A DNA stretch of 27,412 nt from a virus (Duplodnaviria > Caudoviricetes), in IMG/VR virus record IMGVR_UViG_3300049448_000339, positions 1 to 27,412 of that record; one strand, given 5' to 3'. The notes under the pieces were generated by a model that worked only from the letters and a program-made list of their open reading frames with translations, was not told where the DNA came from and did not search any database. This document shows positions 1 to 8,560 of the stretch, piece after piece. Every line of letters starts with the position of its first letter. The first letter of the stretch is position 1. Position numbers and translations under genes: made by a program.

Positions 1-24
1 CGATCGACAAGAGACGGTAAGGAG

Positions 25-291
25 ATGACGATGCGCGTACTGGCTCTGATCGTGCTCCTCGCAGGCTGCGGTGACATGCAGGCGGCACCCCAAGGTGTGG
101 ACCTGGCTCGGACGGTGGACCTCTCGGAGCCCTACTCGGGTGATGACAGCCAGCCGGACGGTGGTGATGTACCCCAGGGCGGTGGCTACGATCCTTGCCA
201 GTACGCCATCTGCAACAACCCGGACGACCGGGTGAAGTACTCCGACCCGGTCCCGTTCCTTCCTACCCTTCCAGTCTCACCAACCCCGTAA
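25..291 (+). CDS. Putative lipoprotein
   Basis: AGGAG RBS; hydrophobic signal with lipobox LAGC; low-complexity D/G/P region. Confidence 0.7.
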   Translation: MTMRVLALIVLLAGCGDMQAAPQGVDLARTVDLSEPYSGDDSQPDGGDVPQGGGYDPCQYAICNNPDDRVKYSDPVPFLPTLPVSPTP

Positions 292-666
292 ATGTTCGGC
301 CAGATGAAGAGCTCCCGGCGCAGCGGACCAAGCTGCAGCCGGGGGAGTGGCTGCCCGTGCGAGTGCCACCCGCTCCCCCGGACTCCGGAACAACGGGAGA
401 AAATCGCCGCGCCGCTGAAGAAAGAACTTCGGATCATCAGTCTGGCTCTCATGGTCTGTGTGGCGATGCTGGCTACCGTCATCATCCACTCTGTGCTCCA
501 CCCTTCCCCGCCTCCCTGCTTCCGCACGATCTACGTCCGAGACCTGCAGAAGGACTGCCGGCTCGGTAGATCGTGTTCCTCAACAGGGGGCTGCGGCCCC
601 GACTACGTCTACTGCGACTTCACCGGTCCAGCCAACGGAGGGACTCACTGTGAAAAGAATCGATGA
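292..666 (+). CDS. Cys-rich single-pass membrane protein
   Basis: Starts immediately after the previous stop; TM segment IISLALMVCVAMLATVII; Cys-rich C-terminus. Confidence 0.6.
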   Translation: MFGQMKSSRRSGPSCSRGSGCPCECHPLPRTPEQREKIAAPLKKELRIISLALMVCVAMLATVIIHSVLHPSPPPCFRTIYVRDLQKDCRLGRSCSSTGGCGPDYVYCDFTGPANGGTHCEKNR

Positions 667-1516
667 CATCTACGGCGACAGCATCGGCTACGTCGAGCTC
701 CTGGACAAGATGGGAGACGAGTTCACTCCAGCCGAGGACGCGCGCACCAGCACGAACAAGGGACGCCTAGGACCGGAGAAGGACGCAGCCCTTCAGGAAC
801 GCCTGACCAAGGACGCCCACACCTCTCCGTTCGAGGGTGTGGTGGTCAAGGTGGAGATCATGACCCCGCTCTTCGTCCTCAGGGAGTTGGACCGCCACCG
901 CACCGTGTCGAAGGTCGCCGACGAAGATGTGGAGATCATCACTCCCGAGGAGTCTGGCCGGAAGTGGTTCGCTCGCAACGAGATGAGCGGCCGCTACGTC
1001 CAGATGCCGAACCTCTACTACCATCCGGTCCAGGTTCGCGCCCAGAGCAAGACGAACATGCAGGGCGGCGGACCGATCCAACTGGTGGACGACGCGGTGG
1101 CTCGGGAGTTCAAGGAGTCCGGCCAGGTTCTCTGCATGATGGCCCGGGACCTCTATGACCGGGCAGTCGCAGCCGGAGTCGAGAAGGGGATCGCCCGCAT
1201 CTACAACACCCAGAACCAGTACACCAAGATCAGACTCACGGGAAGCCTCAAGAACTTCTGCGACTTCCTGTACCTCCGGCTACCAGGGGTGGTGCTGTGG
1301 GAGTGTCGGCGTGTCGCCGAGGCGCTCGAGCAGCTGCTCCAGGAGGCGTTCCCATCTCCCATGGAGCAGTGGCGCCGGAACGTCTATGAGACCGTCCGTC
1401 TGACCAAGGCCGATCGAACGGCGCTGGTCGAGATGATGGACGCCTTGGGAGAGTTCGGAGACGAGTCGCTGCTCCCGGTAGAGTGGCAGTCGGCCCTAGC
1501 AAAGGTGAGGGGATAG
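650..1516 (+). CDS. thyX: FAD-dependent thymidylate synthase ThyX (insertion in the motif)
   Basis: GYVELLD, HTSPFE, RELDRHR...NEMSGRY, E.ARI and GSLKNF..FL.LR motifs; GTG start at 650 after GGAGG (the ORF track extension from 458 is likely spurious). Confidence 0.9.
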   Translation: MKRIDDIYGDSIGYVELLDKMGDEFTPAEDARTSTNKGRLGPEKDAALQERLTKDAHTSPFEGVVVKVEIMTPLFVLRELDRHRTVSKVADEDVEIITPEESGRKWFARNEMSGRYVQMPNLYYHPVQVRAQSKTNMQGGGPIQLVDDAVAREFKESGQVLCMMARDLYDRAVAAGVEKGIARIYNTQNQYTKIRLTGSLKNFCDFLYLRLPGVVLWECRRVAEALEQLLQEAFPSPMEQWRRNVYETVRLTKADRTALVEMMDALGEFGDESLLPVEWQSALAKVRG

Positions 1517-1524
1517 GTATCGCC

Positions 1525-2139
1525 ATGGATGATGAGAGCTTCGACAAAGCAACGATGACACTGGGAAACATCGGAGATCCTCCGGAGATCCGACACGAGT
1601 TGGTGGAGGTCGCAACGGCGGCCCCGCAGTTCGACAGGACGAACCTCGCAGAACGTGTGCCCCGGTTTCCGCCGCTGGGCAAGATTCCGAAGGAGGCGAC
1701 TCCCGAGGAACGCATGGCGATCCTGGGAACCGGCGCGCCGATCGAACGGGTGCGAGAGCTCCAGAGCCTGCCCAAGGCAGACATGATCCCCCGGCTCGAG
1801 GACGTCCTGACGGGAGATCCCGAGATCGACGCCCTCTACCGGGAGTGCATCACCTGCTTCGCTGAGAAGGGCGCAGAGTACACGGTCGGCAGCAAGGACC
1901 GTCTCGCCAACTTCAGGGGTGTCGCCGCCGATGTGGACGTCCCGATGGAGAAGGTCTGGTACACCTTCTTCAACAAGCATCTTCGCGCCCTCCAGTCGTA
2001 CATCAAGAACGGCTGCACGGTGAAGAGCAACGAGCCGATCCGGAGTCGCATCATGGACCTGATCGTCTACCTCACCCTCTTCCACAAGATGTCTTTGGAG
2101 ATCGAGCGGAAGCGCAAAGAAGCCGCACCTGACGTCTGA
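1525..2139 (+). CDS. Nucleotide-modification-associated (Nmad1/DUF1599-like) alpha-helical protein
   Basis: C-terminal KGAEY...DRLANF...KH...EPIRSRIMDLIVYL pattern typical of this phage family; ATG at 1525 after a purine-rich RBS. Confidence 0.6.
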   Translation: MDDESFDKATMTLGNIGDPPEIRHELVEVATAAPQFDRTNLAERVPRFPPLGKIPKEATPEERMAILGTGAPIERVRELQSLPKADMIPRLEDVLTGDPEIDALYRECITCFAEKGAEYTVGSKDRLANFRGVAADVDVPMEKVWYTFFNKHLRALQSYIKNGCTVKSNEPIRSRIMDLIVYLTLFHKMSLEIERKRKEAAPDV

Positions 2140-2141
2140 CC

Positions 2142-2152
2142 TGTGGTATAAT
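2142..2152 (+). promoter_or_regulatory. Extended -10 promoter
   Basis: TGTGGTATAAT. Confidence 0.7.
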
Positions 2153-2166
2153 AGGATTGTGAGCAG

Positions 2167-2688
2167 ATGAATCATCCGCTGATGGGAGCTTCGATGGACG
2201 AGACCGAGAAGAAGTGGGAACGCATGCGTCGGGAACAGACCGAGTTCCTGGAGACGATCGGGCAGAAGTACCCGCCCTGCGGCTTCTCCATCGGTGACGG
2301 CTGGAAAGAGCCGGTCTACGAAGCCCTGCGTAAGGTGGCCGAGATCGCCAAGGGAGCCGGGCTGGAGTGGCAGCTCGCCCAGGTGAAGCAGAAGTTCTGC
2401 CAGCTCCGCATCTACGCGGATGTGGAGACTCCTGGCGTCACCCGTGAGAACCACGACTCGACGACCAACCCGTGGCTCTTCGAGGAGAACCATCCCCTCC
2501 ACTCCAAGTACGTGGAGATCCACGCGGCGATCAGCGAGGCTGAGCGTCTCTGCAACACCCGCTGCGAGGCTTGCGGTGCCGACACCAAGGGTGGCGCGGC
2601 TTCCGGGTGGAAGGGCTGCAAGGCCTGCAAGGAAGAAGAGAAGAAGGAGTACGAGGCCAAGTACCCCGGCGAGAAGTGGGAGGACTAG
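2167..2688 (+). CDS. Conserved phage hypothetical protein with C-terminal Zn-ribbon
   Basis: GDGW...QVKQKFxxLRIY...CEACG...CKAC pattern seen in a widespread phage family. Confidence 0.75.
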   Translation: MNHPLMGASMDETEKKWERMRREQTEFLETIGQKYPPCGFSIGDGWKEPVYEALRKVAEIAKGAGLEWQLAQVKQKFCQLRIYADVETPGVTRENHDSTTNPWLFEENHPLHSKYVEIHAAISEAERLCNTRCEACGADTKGGAASGWKGCKACKEEEKKEYEAKYPGEKWED

Positions 2689-2690
2689 AG

Positions 2691-3323
2691 ATGCAGATCC
2701 GACACATCACCAGCGTGCGGTTCCCGGTCTACACGGGAGTCCGCGTCCTCATGATGCCTTTCCACATTCACAACCCGGAGGGCTCTCTCCCCGACTACCT
2801 CAAGGAATACGCCACACAGGTCCGCAAGGTCCTCATGGACACCAAGGCGGAGGGCGTCGGCTACCTCACGGTGGACGAGGCGGAGCTCCGACCTGGTGAG
2901 TACCACCGCCGTCCGGGAAAGCATGTGGACGGCGTCGGAGAGGACGGAGAGACGGCCGCGGCCTGGGGCGGAGGTGGCGGCGGAGGCTGGGGATCCGGCG
3001 GCATGTACCTCGCCTCGAACGTGGTCGGCTGCCGGGGATGGGACGGGGAGCTCAGCAGCAAACCAGGTCCCGACGGGGACTGCGCTCATGTCCAGCCCTC
3101 GGGCAACGAGGTCATGATGGCGGCCAACCAGGTCTACTGGTGCAGCCCGCTGGCCCTGCACGAGTCCCTGCCCATGACGGCCCACTGCGTCCGTCAGATG
3201 TTCAGGCTCTCGATGCCGAACCCGTCGCCGTGGTACGAGAGCTGCACACCGAACCCGCTGGGCATCCAGCCGACTGGAAAGATCCTGCCGGCGAGGGACC
3301 AGTACATGGCGCACCGGAGGTAA
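2691..3323 (+). CDS. 2OG-Fe(II) dioxygenase-like protein
   Basis: HxD (RRPGKHVDG), distal His (LHESLP) and RQMFRL; start re-called at ATG 2691. Confidence 0.65.
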   Translation: MQIRHITSVRFPVYTGVRVLMMPFHIHNPEGSLPDYLKEYATQVRKVLMDTKAEGVGYLTVDEAELRPGEYHRRPGKHVDGVGEDGETAAAWGGGGGGGWGSGGMYLASNVVGCRGWDGELSSKPGPDGDCAHVQPSGNEVMMAANQVYWCSPLALHESLPMTAHCVRQMFRLSMPNPSPWYESCTPNPLGIQPTGKILPARDQYMAHRR

Positions 3324-3324
3324 C

Positions 3325-3819
3325 ATGGGACGCGATCCGCTTCGTTGGGCAAAGTTCTTCGCTGTAGTGAAGCACGGCAACCAGACCTACTCTGGCTGTC
3401 TCCCCTACAGCCACCACCTCGCGGCAGTGGAGGCGGTGCTCCGACGATTCGGCGTGGACATGCAGGGCTTCCTGGAAGCCGCCTGGCTCCACGACGTGGT
3501 GGAAGACACCAACACGAAGCTGAAGGAGATCTACGAGTTCTTCGGTGACGAGGTGGCGGAGCTGGTCGGGGCTGTCACCAACGAACCCGGTCCCAACCGG
3601 AAGATCCGCAGCATGCTGACCTACCCGAAGATCCGGGCCGTGAAGGGCGCCACCCGTCTGAAGCTCGCCGATCGCATCGCCAACGTGGAACAGGGCGGAA
3701 AGCTGGTCGACATGTACCGCAAGGAGTACGAAGACTTCCGGCGGAACCTCTTCGTCACCGGTGAGAACGAGGACATGTGGAAGCACCTGGACGGGCTGAT
3801 GGCCAAGGAGCAAGAATGA
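3325..3819 (+). CDS. HD-domain (p)ppGpp hydrolase-like protein (Mesh1/SpoT small alarmone hydrolase)
   Basis: HGNQ...PYSHH..AV, AAWLHDVVEDT, FG.EVAELV..VT and KLADRIAN motifs. Confidence 0.85.
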   Translation: MGRDPLRWAKFFAVVKHGNQTYSGCLPYSHHLAAVEAVLRRFGVDMQGFLEAAWLHDVVEDTNTKLKEIYEFFGDEVAELVGAVTNEPGPNRKIRSMLTYPKIRAVKGATRLKLADRIANVEQGGKLVDMYRKEYEDFRRNLFVTGENEDMWKHLDGLMAKEQE

Positions 3820-4415
3820 AGATCCTGGTAGACCAGGACGAGGTCCTCGCAGAGTGGGGGACTCGCATCCTGGAGTGGTACAACACCGACAAGGCCATCG
3901 AGGCCAAGGAACAGGGACTGCCGGCGCCCACCCTCTTCACCCTTCAGGACATGAAGCACTGGGAGCTGAAGATGAACCTTGGCCCCGGCAGCGAGGTCTA
4001 CCTCAGAAACTACATGAGGTACCCGAACTTCTATCAGGACCTGGAGCCCGTGCCCGGAGCCATCGACGGCATGAAGGCCCTCATGGACCTGGGACACGAG
4101 GTGAAGATCGTGACCTCGATCCCCAAGTGCGCCGGTCTGGCGTACGAGGGAAAGCTCCAGTGGCTGCGCGAGTACATGCCCTTCTTCCCCCTCAAGAAGT
4201 TCTACGCGGTCAGTGAGAAGTACGAGGTGAAGGGGGACATCCTCCTCGATGACGGTCTTCACAACCTCACTCCCTTCCAAAGTGTGGGAGTGGCCGTCGC
4301 CTTCGATAGGCCGTGGAACCAGAGTTGGACCGGACCGCGTGTCAAGAGCTGGCCGGAGTTCGTTGAGTTCGTAGAGTTTGCCAAGAGCATCCGCTCTCAC
4401 GGTGAACCTACTTAA
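3816..4415 (+). CDS. 5'(3')-deoxyribonucleotidase (HAD family, NT5C-like)
   Basis: ILVDQDEVL (DxD), LEPVPGAI, IVTS, K.QWL, DILLDD and F.RPWN; ATGA overlap with the upstream gene. Confidence 0.88.
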   Translation: MKILVDQDEVLAEWGTRILEWYNTDKAIEAKEQGLPAPTLFTLQDMKHWELKMNLGPGSEVYLRNYMRYPNFYQDLEPVPGAIDGMKALMDLGHEVKIVTSIPKCAGLAYEGKLQWLREYMPFFPLKKFYAVSEKYEVKGDILLDDGLHNLTPFQSVGVAVAFDRPWNQSWTGPRVKSWPEFVEFVEFAKSIRSHGEPT

Positions 4416-4448
4416 GTCTCCAACGCCACAACATTCCAGGAGGAAACC

Positions 4449-4778
4449 ATGGCGAAGCCCCGTACGACGAAGACCGAGAAGCTGCTCCGAGAGATCCAGA
4501 AGGCCGGCAAGACCGGGCTCTCCCACAAGGAGATCGTGAAGTTCCTGCTCCGCGGCACCGGCCGCAAGTACAGCGCGGACACCCGCCGTCTGTTCGATTC
4601 GCGCCTCTACGGCACGAACAGCCGCACCGGCGTCCTCGAGCGCTGCGAGCGGAACTTCAAGAACGGCAACTACACCCTCTCGAAGAAGGCCAGCACGGAG
4701 GGTCCCTTCACCGAGGCGCTGTTCAACTCGTTCTCGGCTCCCTACGTTCCGAACGACTCGGAAGACTACACCTACTAA
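4449..4778 (+). CDS. Basic hypothetical protein, possible winged-helix; related to 24762..25460
   Basis: AGGAGG RBS; shares EK.LR.I / EI.KF / GTN / G.LE with the 24762 ORF. Confidence 0.7.
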   Translation: MAKPRTTKTEKLLREIQKAGKTGLSHKEIVKFLLRGTGRKYSADTRRLFDSRLYGTNSRTGVLERCERNFKNGNYTLSKKASTEGPFTEALFNSFSAPYVPNDSEDYTY

Positions 4779-4781
4779 TCC

Positions 4782-4810
4782 TTCCTAGGTTGGAGGTTCT
4801 GTGGTATAAT
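4782..4810 (+). promoter_or_regulatory. Repeat-family promoter
   Basis: TTCCTA-17-TATAAT with TGTGG. Confidence 0.8.
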
Positions 4811-4818
4811 GTACCTAC

Positions 4819-5496
4819 ATGAGCCTCCAACCTTCTCAACTCCGAGCCTACCACAAGCTCTCCTCCCACCATAGAGACGACGTCCTTAGGGTTGCCTACG
4901 TCTCCTGCTTCTACTGCCTCCGCCACTTCTCCCCCAAAAAGAAGAAGATCAAGGAATGGTGCGACGGCGGACAGACCGCGATCTGTCCGTACTGTGGCAT
5001 CGACGCAATCCTCCCGACCCACATGGGCACGGAAGCACTCCAGGACATGCATGACCACTGGTTCTCGGTGGCGAAAGGAAAGTCATACCAGATGCGCAAG
5101 GGAAAAGCCATGGCCAAGATCAAGGCTTCCATCCTCGAGGAGGAGAAGGTCGACATCAACCAGCTCGCCTACAAGGCCCACGCCATGGCGGTGGAGAAGG
5201 GCTTCTGGGACGACCTCAAGGAGGAGCCGGGCCGGCTGACCAGCATCGGGGCCAAGATCGCCCTGATCCATTCGGAGGTGTCCGAGGCGATCGAGGAGTA
5301 CCGCAACGGCCATCCCCTGGACGAGACCAGGATCGAGGACGGCAAGCCTGAGGGATTCGGCGTCGAGCTGGCCGACGTCATCATCAGGGTGTGCGACCTC
5401 GCGGAACGGGCGGGCGTCAACCTCGGCGCCTGCATCAACCTCAAGATGCGATACAACGAGACCCGGCCAACCCGCCACGGCGGAAAGCTCATCTAA
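4819..5496 (+). CDS. Zn-binding domain fused to MazG-like NTP pyrophosphohydrolase
   Basis: N-terminal CFYC...CPYCGID; C-terminal KIALIHSEVSEAIEEYR...ELADVIIR...K.RYNETR. Confidence 0.8.
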   Translation: MSLQPSQLRAYHKLSSHHRDDVLRVAYVSCFYCLRHFSPKKKKIKEWCDGGQTAICPYCGIDAILPTHMGTEALQDMHDHWFSVAKGKSYQMRKGKAMAKIKASILEEEKVDINQLAYKAHAMAVEKGFWDDLKEEPGRLTSIGAKIALIHSEVSEAIEEYRNGHPLDETRIEDGKPEGFGVELADVIIRVCDLAERAGVNLGACINLKMRYNETRPTRHGGKLI

Positions 5497-5505
5497 GGAG
5501 AGAAC

Positions 5506-6084
5506 ATGAAGACGATCCTGCTAGTGCTCTGCGCCCTGCTCGCCTTTGGCGGCGTGGCGGAGGCGAAGAAGAAAAAGAACTGGCTCTTCCGAGACTACAA
5601 CAAGCTCGGCATGCAGCTGAACGTCGGGGCTCCCGACGGGGCGGGTGTGGACGCCGTCATCCGTCCGCTGAAGTTCCTCCGGTTCAACGTCGGCGGGACC
5701 ACGGACATCGCCAGCGGTGGCGTCCGGGCCGGGGTGACCGTCGCCCCTTTCTACTACATCTCACCCTCAGCGACGATCGAGGGTGGCTACCAGTTCCCCG
5801 GGAACTTCAACCGGGTGGTGGCGATGTTCGCCTCGGACCCGAAGAACCCGCTGCTGAACTCGGTGGGCTACGGCTACGTGAACTTCCACGGTGGCCTGGA
5901 GTTTGGGCATCCGAACTGGTTCATGTTCGGGATCAGGGCGGGGTACAGCTACATCGGGACGCAGACATCGGGCCTGCAGACCTACATCAACCAGAACTCC
6001 AAGGGAGTGGATCTGAAAGTGCAGGAGGTCGGCGTCGGAGTCTGGACCCCCAGCGCGAAGATCAATTTCCTTGTGTGGTTCTAA
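5506..6084 (+). CDS. Secreted outer-membrane beta-barrel-like protein
   Basis: Signal peptide ending AEA; alternating amphipathic G/aromatic strands; C-terminal Phe (INFLVWF). Confidence 0.65.
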   Translation: MKTILLVLCALLAFGGVAEAKKKKNWLFRDYNKLGMQLNVGAPDGAGVDAVIRPLKFLRFNVGGTTDIASGGVRAGVTVAPFYYISPSATIEGGYQFPGNFNRVVAMFASDPKNPLLNSVGYGYVNFHGGLEFGHPNWFMFGIRAGYSYIGTQTSGLQTYINQNSKGVDLKVQEVGVGVWTPSAKINFLVWF

Positions 6085-6096
6085 AGGAGTGGAGTC

Positions 6097-6603
6097 ATGA
6101 AAACAATCCTTTCGACGATCCTCGTTCTTTCGACGTGCTTTGCGATGGGTGGATGCGTGGCAATCCAGGCGACGGAACCCCAGGCATGCCTGAGCCAGAG
6201 CGTCAGCATCCCCGGCGCTCCGAGCCAGGTAGGCAACCTCGTCGGCACCGTCAGTGAAAGCCAGACTTTCGAGCAGGACCTGAGCGGTGCACCGACCGAC
6301 CTGGTCAGCAACCTGACCCTCACCGGCGGCGCGATCTCCATCACGGGCACGACCCTGGACTTCCTGGACGAGATCAAGGTCACTCTCCTCGGTGACACCC
6401 CGGTGGTCCTGGTGGACCTGAAGCCGGAGCCTGGTGCTACCTCGGTCACCATCCCTCCCCTTCAGCAGAACATCATCCAGTACCTCCAGGGTGGCAAGGT
6501 GCAGCTACAGCTGGACGTCACCGGGCGTCTCCCGACCCAGGCCTTCGACCTGGACGTGGAGCTCTGTCTCTCGGCGGAAGTCGACAAGCAGCTGAAGCTC
6601 TGA
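6097..6603 (+). CDS. Putative lipoprotein
   Basis: Hydrophobic signal followed by AMGGC; beta-rich mature part; GGAG RBS. Confidence 0.65.
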   Translation: MKTILSTILVLSTCFAMGGCVAIQATEPQACLSQSVSIPGAPSQVGNLVGTVSESQTFEQDLSGAPTDLVSNLTLTGGAISITGTTLDFLDEIKVTLLGDTPVVLVDLKPEPGATSVTIPPLQQNIIQYLQGGKVQLQLDVTGRLPTQAFDLDVELCLSAEVDKQLKL

Positions 6604-6618
6604 TCCTCTAGTTACTCC

Positions 6619-6987
6619 ATGCCCTCGAAGTACACCCGCCCCACGCCGGCCGACATCGCCCGGCGCATCTACGGGACCTTCACCTCCATCCTCCATACCG
6701 ACCATGGGATAGACGAAGAGGAATGGGACCACATGCCCGAGGAGATCAAGTCCTCCTTTATCGAGGCGGTGGACATGGTGGTCAAAGAGGAGCTGGAGAC
6801 CATCGCCAACGTGTTCGACCGTGAGGTCAACGAGGTGGCGGGCAGGAAGGCGCAGGCCATCGCCGACGAGATAGTGGCATCGGCTCCCCCGCCTCCGAGA
6901 CCGGACGGCAAGCCCGTCGTCTGCTACTACTGCGGGAAGAGGCGGGCCGTCAAGTGGTACGCCTGTGAGGAGTGTCTGAGGCCATGA
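6619..6987 (+). CDS. Hypothetical protein with C-terminal CxxC..CxxC
   Basis: CYYCG...CEEC; codon bias matches neighbours. Confidence 0.7.
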   Translation: MPSKYTRPTPADIARRIYGTFTSILHTDHGIDEEEWDHMPEEIKSSFIEAVDMVVKEELETIANVFDREVNEVAGRKAQAIADEIVASAPPPPRPDGKPVVCYYCGKRRAVKWYACEECLRP

Positions 6988-7322
6988 GCGAAGAGAAGGT
7001 TCCCACCCAGTACATCCTGATCCGGAAGGACCTGCCCATCGAGAAGCAGATGGTGAACGTGGGGCATGCCGCCGGAGAGTCCATCCTGAAGGCACCCATC
7101 GACAAGAGGACCCGCATCCGGCTCCTGTGGGTGGAGAACGAAGAGGAGCTGATCTCCTACTTCAACAAACTGAAGGAGAAGGGCTTCCCTGTAGACATTG
7201 TCTACGAGCCAGACCCACCCTACAACGGGGCGGCCATGGCGGTCGGCACCGATCCCATGCTCGAACGGGTCAGCGCCCTCTCCAAGGTCGTCTACCACCT
7301 GAAGTCTGTGAGGTTCGAATGA
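6984..7322 (+). CDS. Peptidyl-tRNA hydrolase 2-like protein
   Basis: QYILIRKDL...VNVGHAAGE, L.VENEEEL, EPD...AMAVG; ATGA overlap. Confidence 0.7.
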   Translation: MSEEKVPTQYILIRKDLPIEKQMVNVGHAAGESILKAPIDKRTRIRLLWVENEEELISYFNKLKEKGFPVDIVYEPDPPYNGAAMAVGTDPMLERVSALSKVVYHLKSVRFE

Positions 7323-7600
7323 GCGAAGAAGAGAAGTTGCCAGATCCCCAGAAGCCGGGGAACAAGATCTTCATGACCCGGGCCTACCTGCTGCCGATCG
7401 ACAAGCAGCTCTTCGGCCTCTACCGGGACGTGGTGGAAGAGGACGCGGAGACCAAGCAGCGGGAGAAGCTGGGGAAGCCGATCGGCCCCATCAAGATCCT
7501 CAGACGGAAGACTCCCTCGGACAAAGAGGAGTCGGTCCGTGTCCGCACGGTCCACCCGAAGACGGGCGAGAGCCTGGACCTGGTCGAGTGGGAGGGGTGA
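7319..7600 (+). CDS. Hypothetical protein
   Basis: ATGA overlap; MSEEEKLPDPQ... (start re-called). Confidence 0.7.
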   Translation: MSEEEKLPDPQKPGNKIFMTRAYLLPIDKQLFGLYRDVVEEDAETKQREKLGKPIGPIKILRRKTPSDKEESVRVRTVHPKTGESLDLVEWEG

Positions 7601-7601
7601 C

Positions 7602-7685
7602 ATGGACGCGTTCCCGCTGGTGGTCATCGGGGTGATGTTCTTCGTCTGGTTCGTGCTCGTCCCGAAGGGCGGGGACGATGAGTAA
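7602..7685 (+). CDS. 27-aa single-TM microprotein
   Basis: GGAGG RBS; MDAFPLVVIGVMFFVWFVLVPKGGDDE; fills the intergenic gap and is absent from the ORF track. Confidence 0.55.
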   Translation: MDAFPLVVIGVMFFVWFVLVPKGGDDE

Positions 7686-8001
7686 GAAGACGCACCGGCC
7701 AGACCTGCTCGTCCCCTTCACCTACAAGGAAGACAACCACGTTCCGGTCTCTCCCGAGGACCTCGCCAGATGCCTCGGAGACCTCCGGTACGACGGCATG
7801 GCCGGATACCTGGATGCGCTCGCCAAGAAGCTCTCAGACGACTCCAGAGGCGATGGTGGCAGAGGAAGAGGCCAACTGGCGGAGAGGCTGCAAAGAGCGG
7901 CATTCGCGGTCGATGAGGCGCGTCTAGAGATAGAGGCAGCCTGGGCCATCTGCGAGCCCTACATGCCGGTATCAAAAGACGCAGAGCAAAAGAAGACGTA
8001 G
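7678..8001 (+). CDS. Hypothetical protein
   Basis: Coupled ORF, alpha-helical. Confidence 0.7.
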   Translation: MSKKTHRPDLLVPFTYKEDNHVPVSPEDLARCLGDLRYDGMAGYLDALAKKLSDDSRGDGGRGRGQLAERLQRAAFAVDEARLEIEAAWAICEPYMPVSKDAEQKKT

Positions 8002-8058
8002 AAGATTCCTTCTCTCGTTTCGAACCTCTATTTGATACCACAGCAAAGAGGAAGATCA

Positions 8059-8421
8059 ATGAATACCAGGGCTAGCAACCGGCAAGAGGGTCGAGGTATC
8101 GCGCACGGGAAGGGCCGTACAAGCCTGGCGACCGAGTACTTCCGCTCCCTCGAGGACAGCAACCGGCTCCATGACATGCTGACCGAGAAGATCGTAGACC
8201 TGATCGGCGGCATCGAACCGCGCATGGTCGAGTACCTCCCGTACGACGACGCCATGGAGGTCATCATGGCCGCGAACTCTCTGTCGGTCACGCCCGAGAG
8301 CCAGCAGAAGATCTTCGAGCTCGGGTTCAAGCGCATCTTCCTCTACCACCAGAACGGGTACGAGACGTACTACTACACGGGCGGGGACGTCCGCGGCTAC
8401 CGCAAGTTCCAGGAAGACTAA
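8059..8421 (+). CDS. Hypothetical protein
   Basis: GAGGA RBS before ATG 8059. Confidence 0.65.
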   Translation: MNTRASNRQEGRGIAHGKGRTSLATEYFRSLEDSNRLHDMLTEKIVDLIGGIEPRMVEYLPYDDAMEVIMAANSLSVTPESQQKIFELGFKRIFLYHQNGYETYYYTGGDVRGYRKFQED

Positions 8422-8560
8422 GACTCACAGCTGGGTGGCTACGGATCGGGTCTACGGTGGCCCGTGCCCGGTTCAATGCTCCTTCACTTTTTCACCATAT
8501 AATAAAGGAAAGAGTGAAATCTCACCGTAGAAAAAAAGACTACCTCTGAGCATTTTGTTG

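Noticed and set aside
458-649. N-terminal extensions given by the ORF track for ThyX and others (2571, 3777, 9669, 21856)
   Set aside because: They overlap upstream genes; downstream starts have an RBS or stop/start coupling
902-985. Intein or intron in thyX
   Set aside because: The insertion is only about 21 codons, in frame, and lacks intein splice residues or intron structure
3325-5496. Z-genome (2-aminoadenine) cluster
   Set aside because: The HD protein is SpoT/Mesh1-type rather than DatZ-like, and no purZ is present in the window
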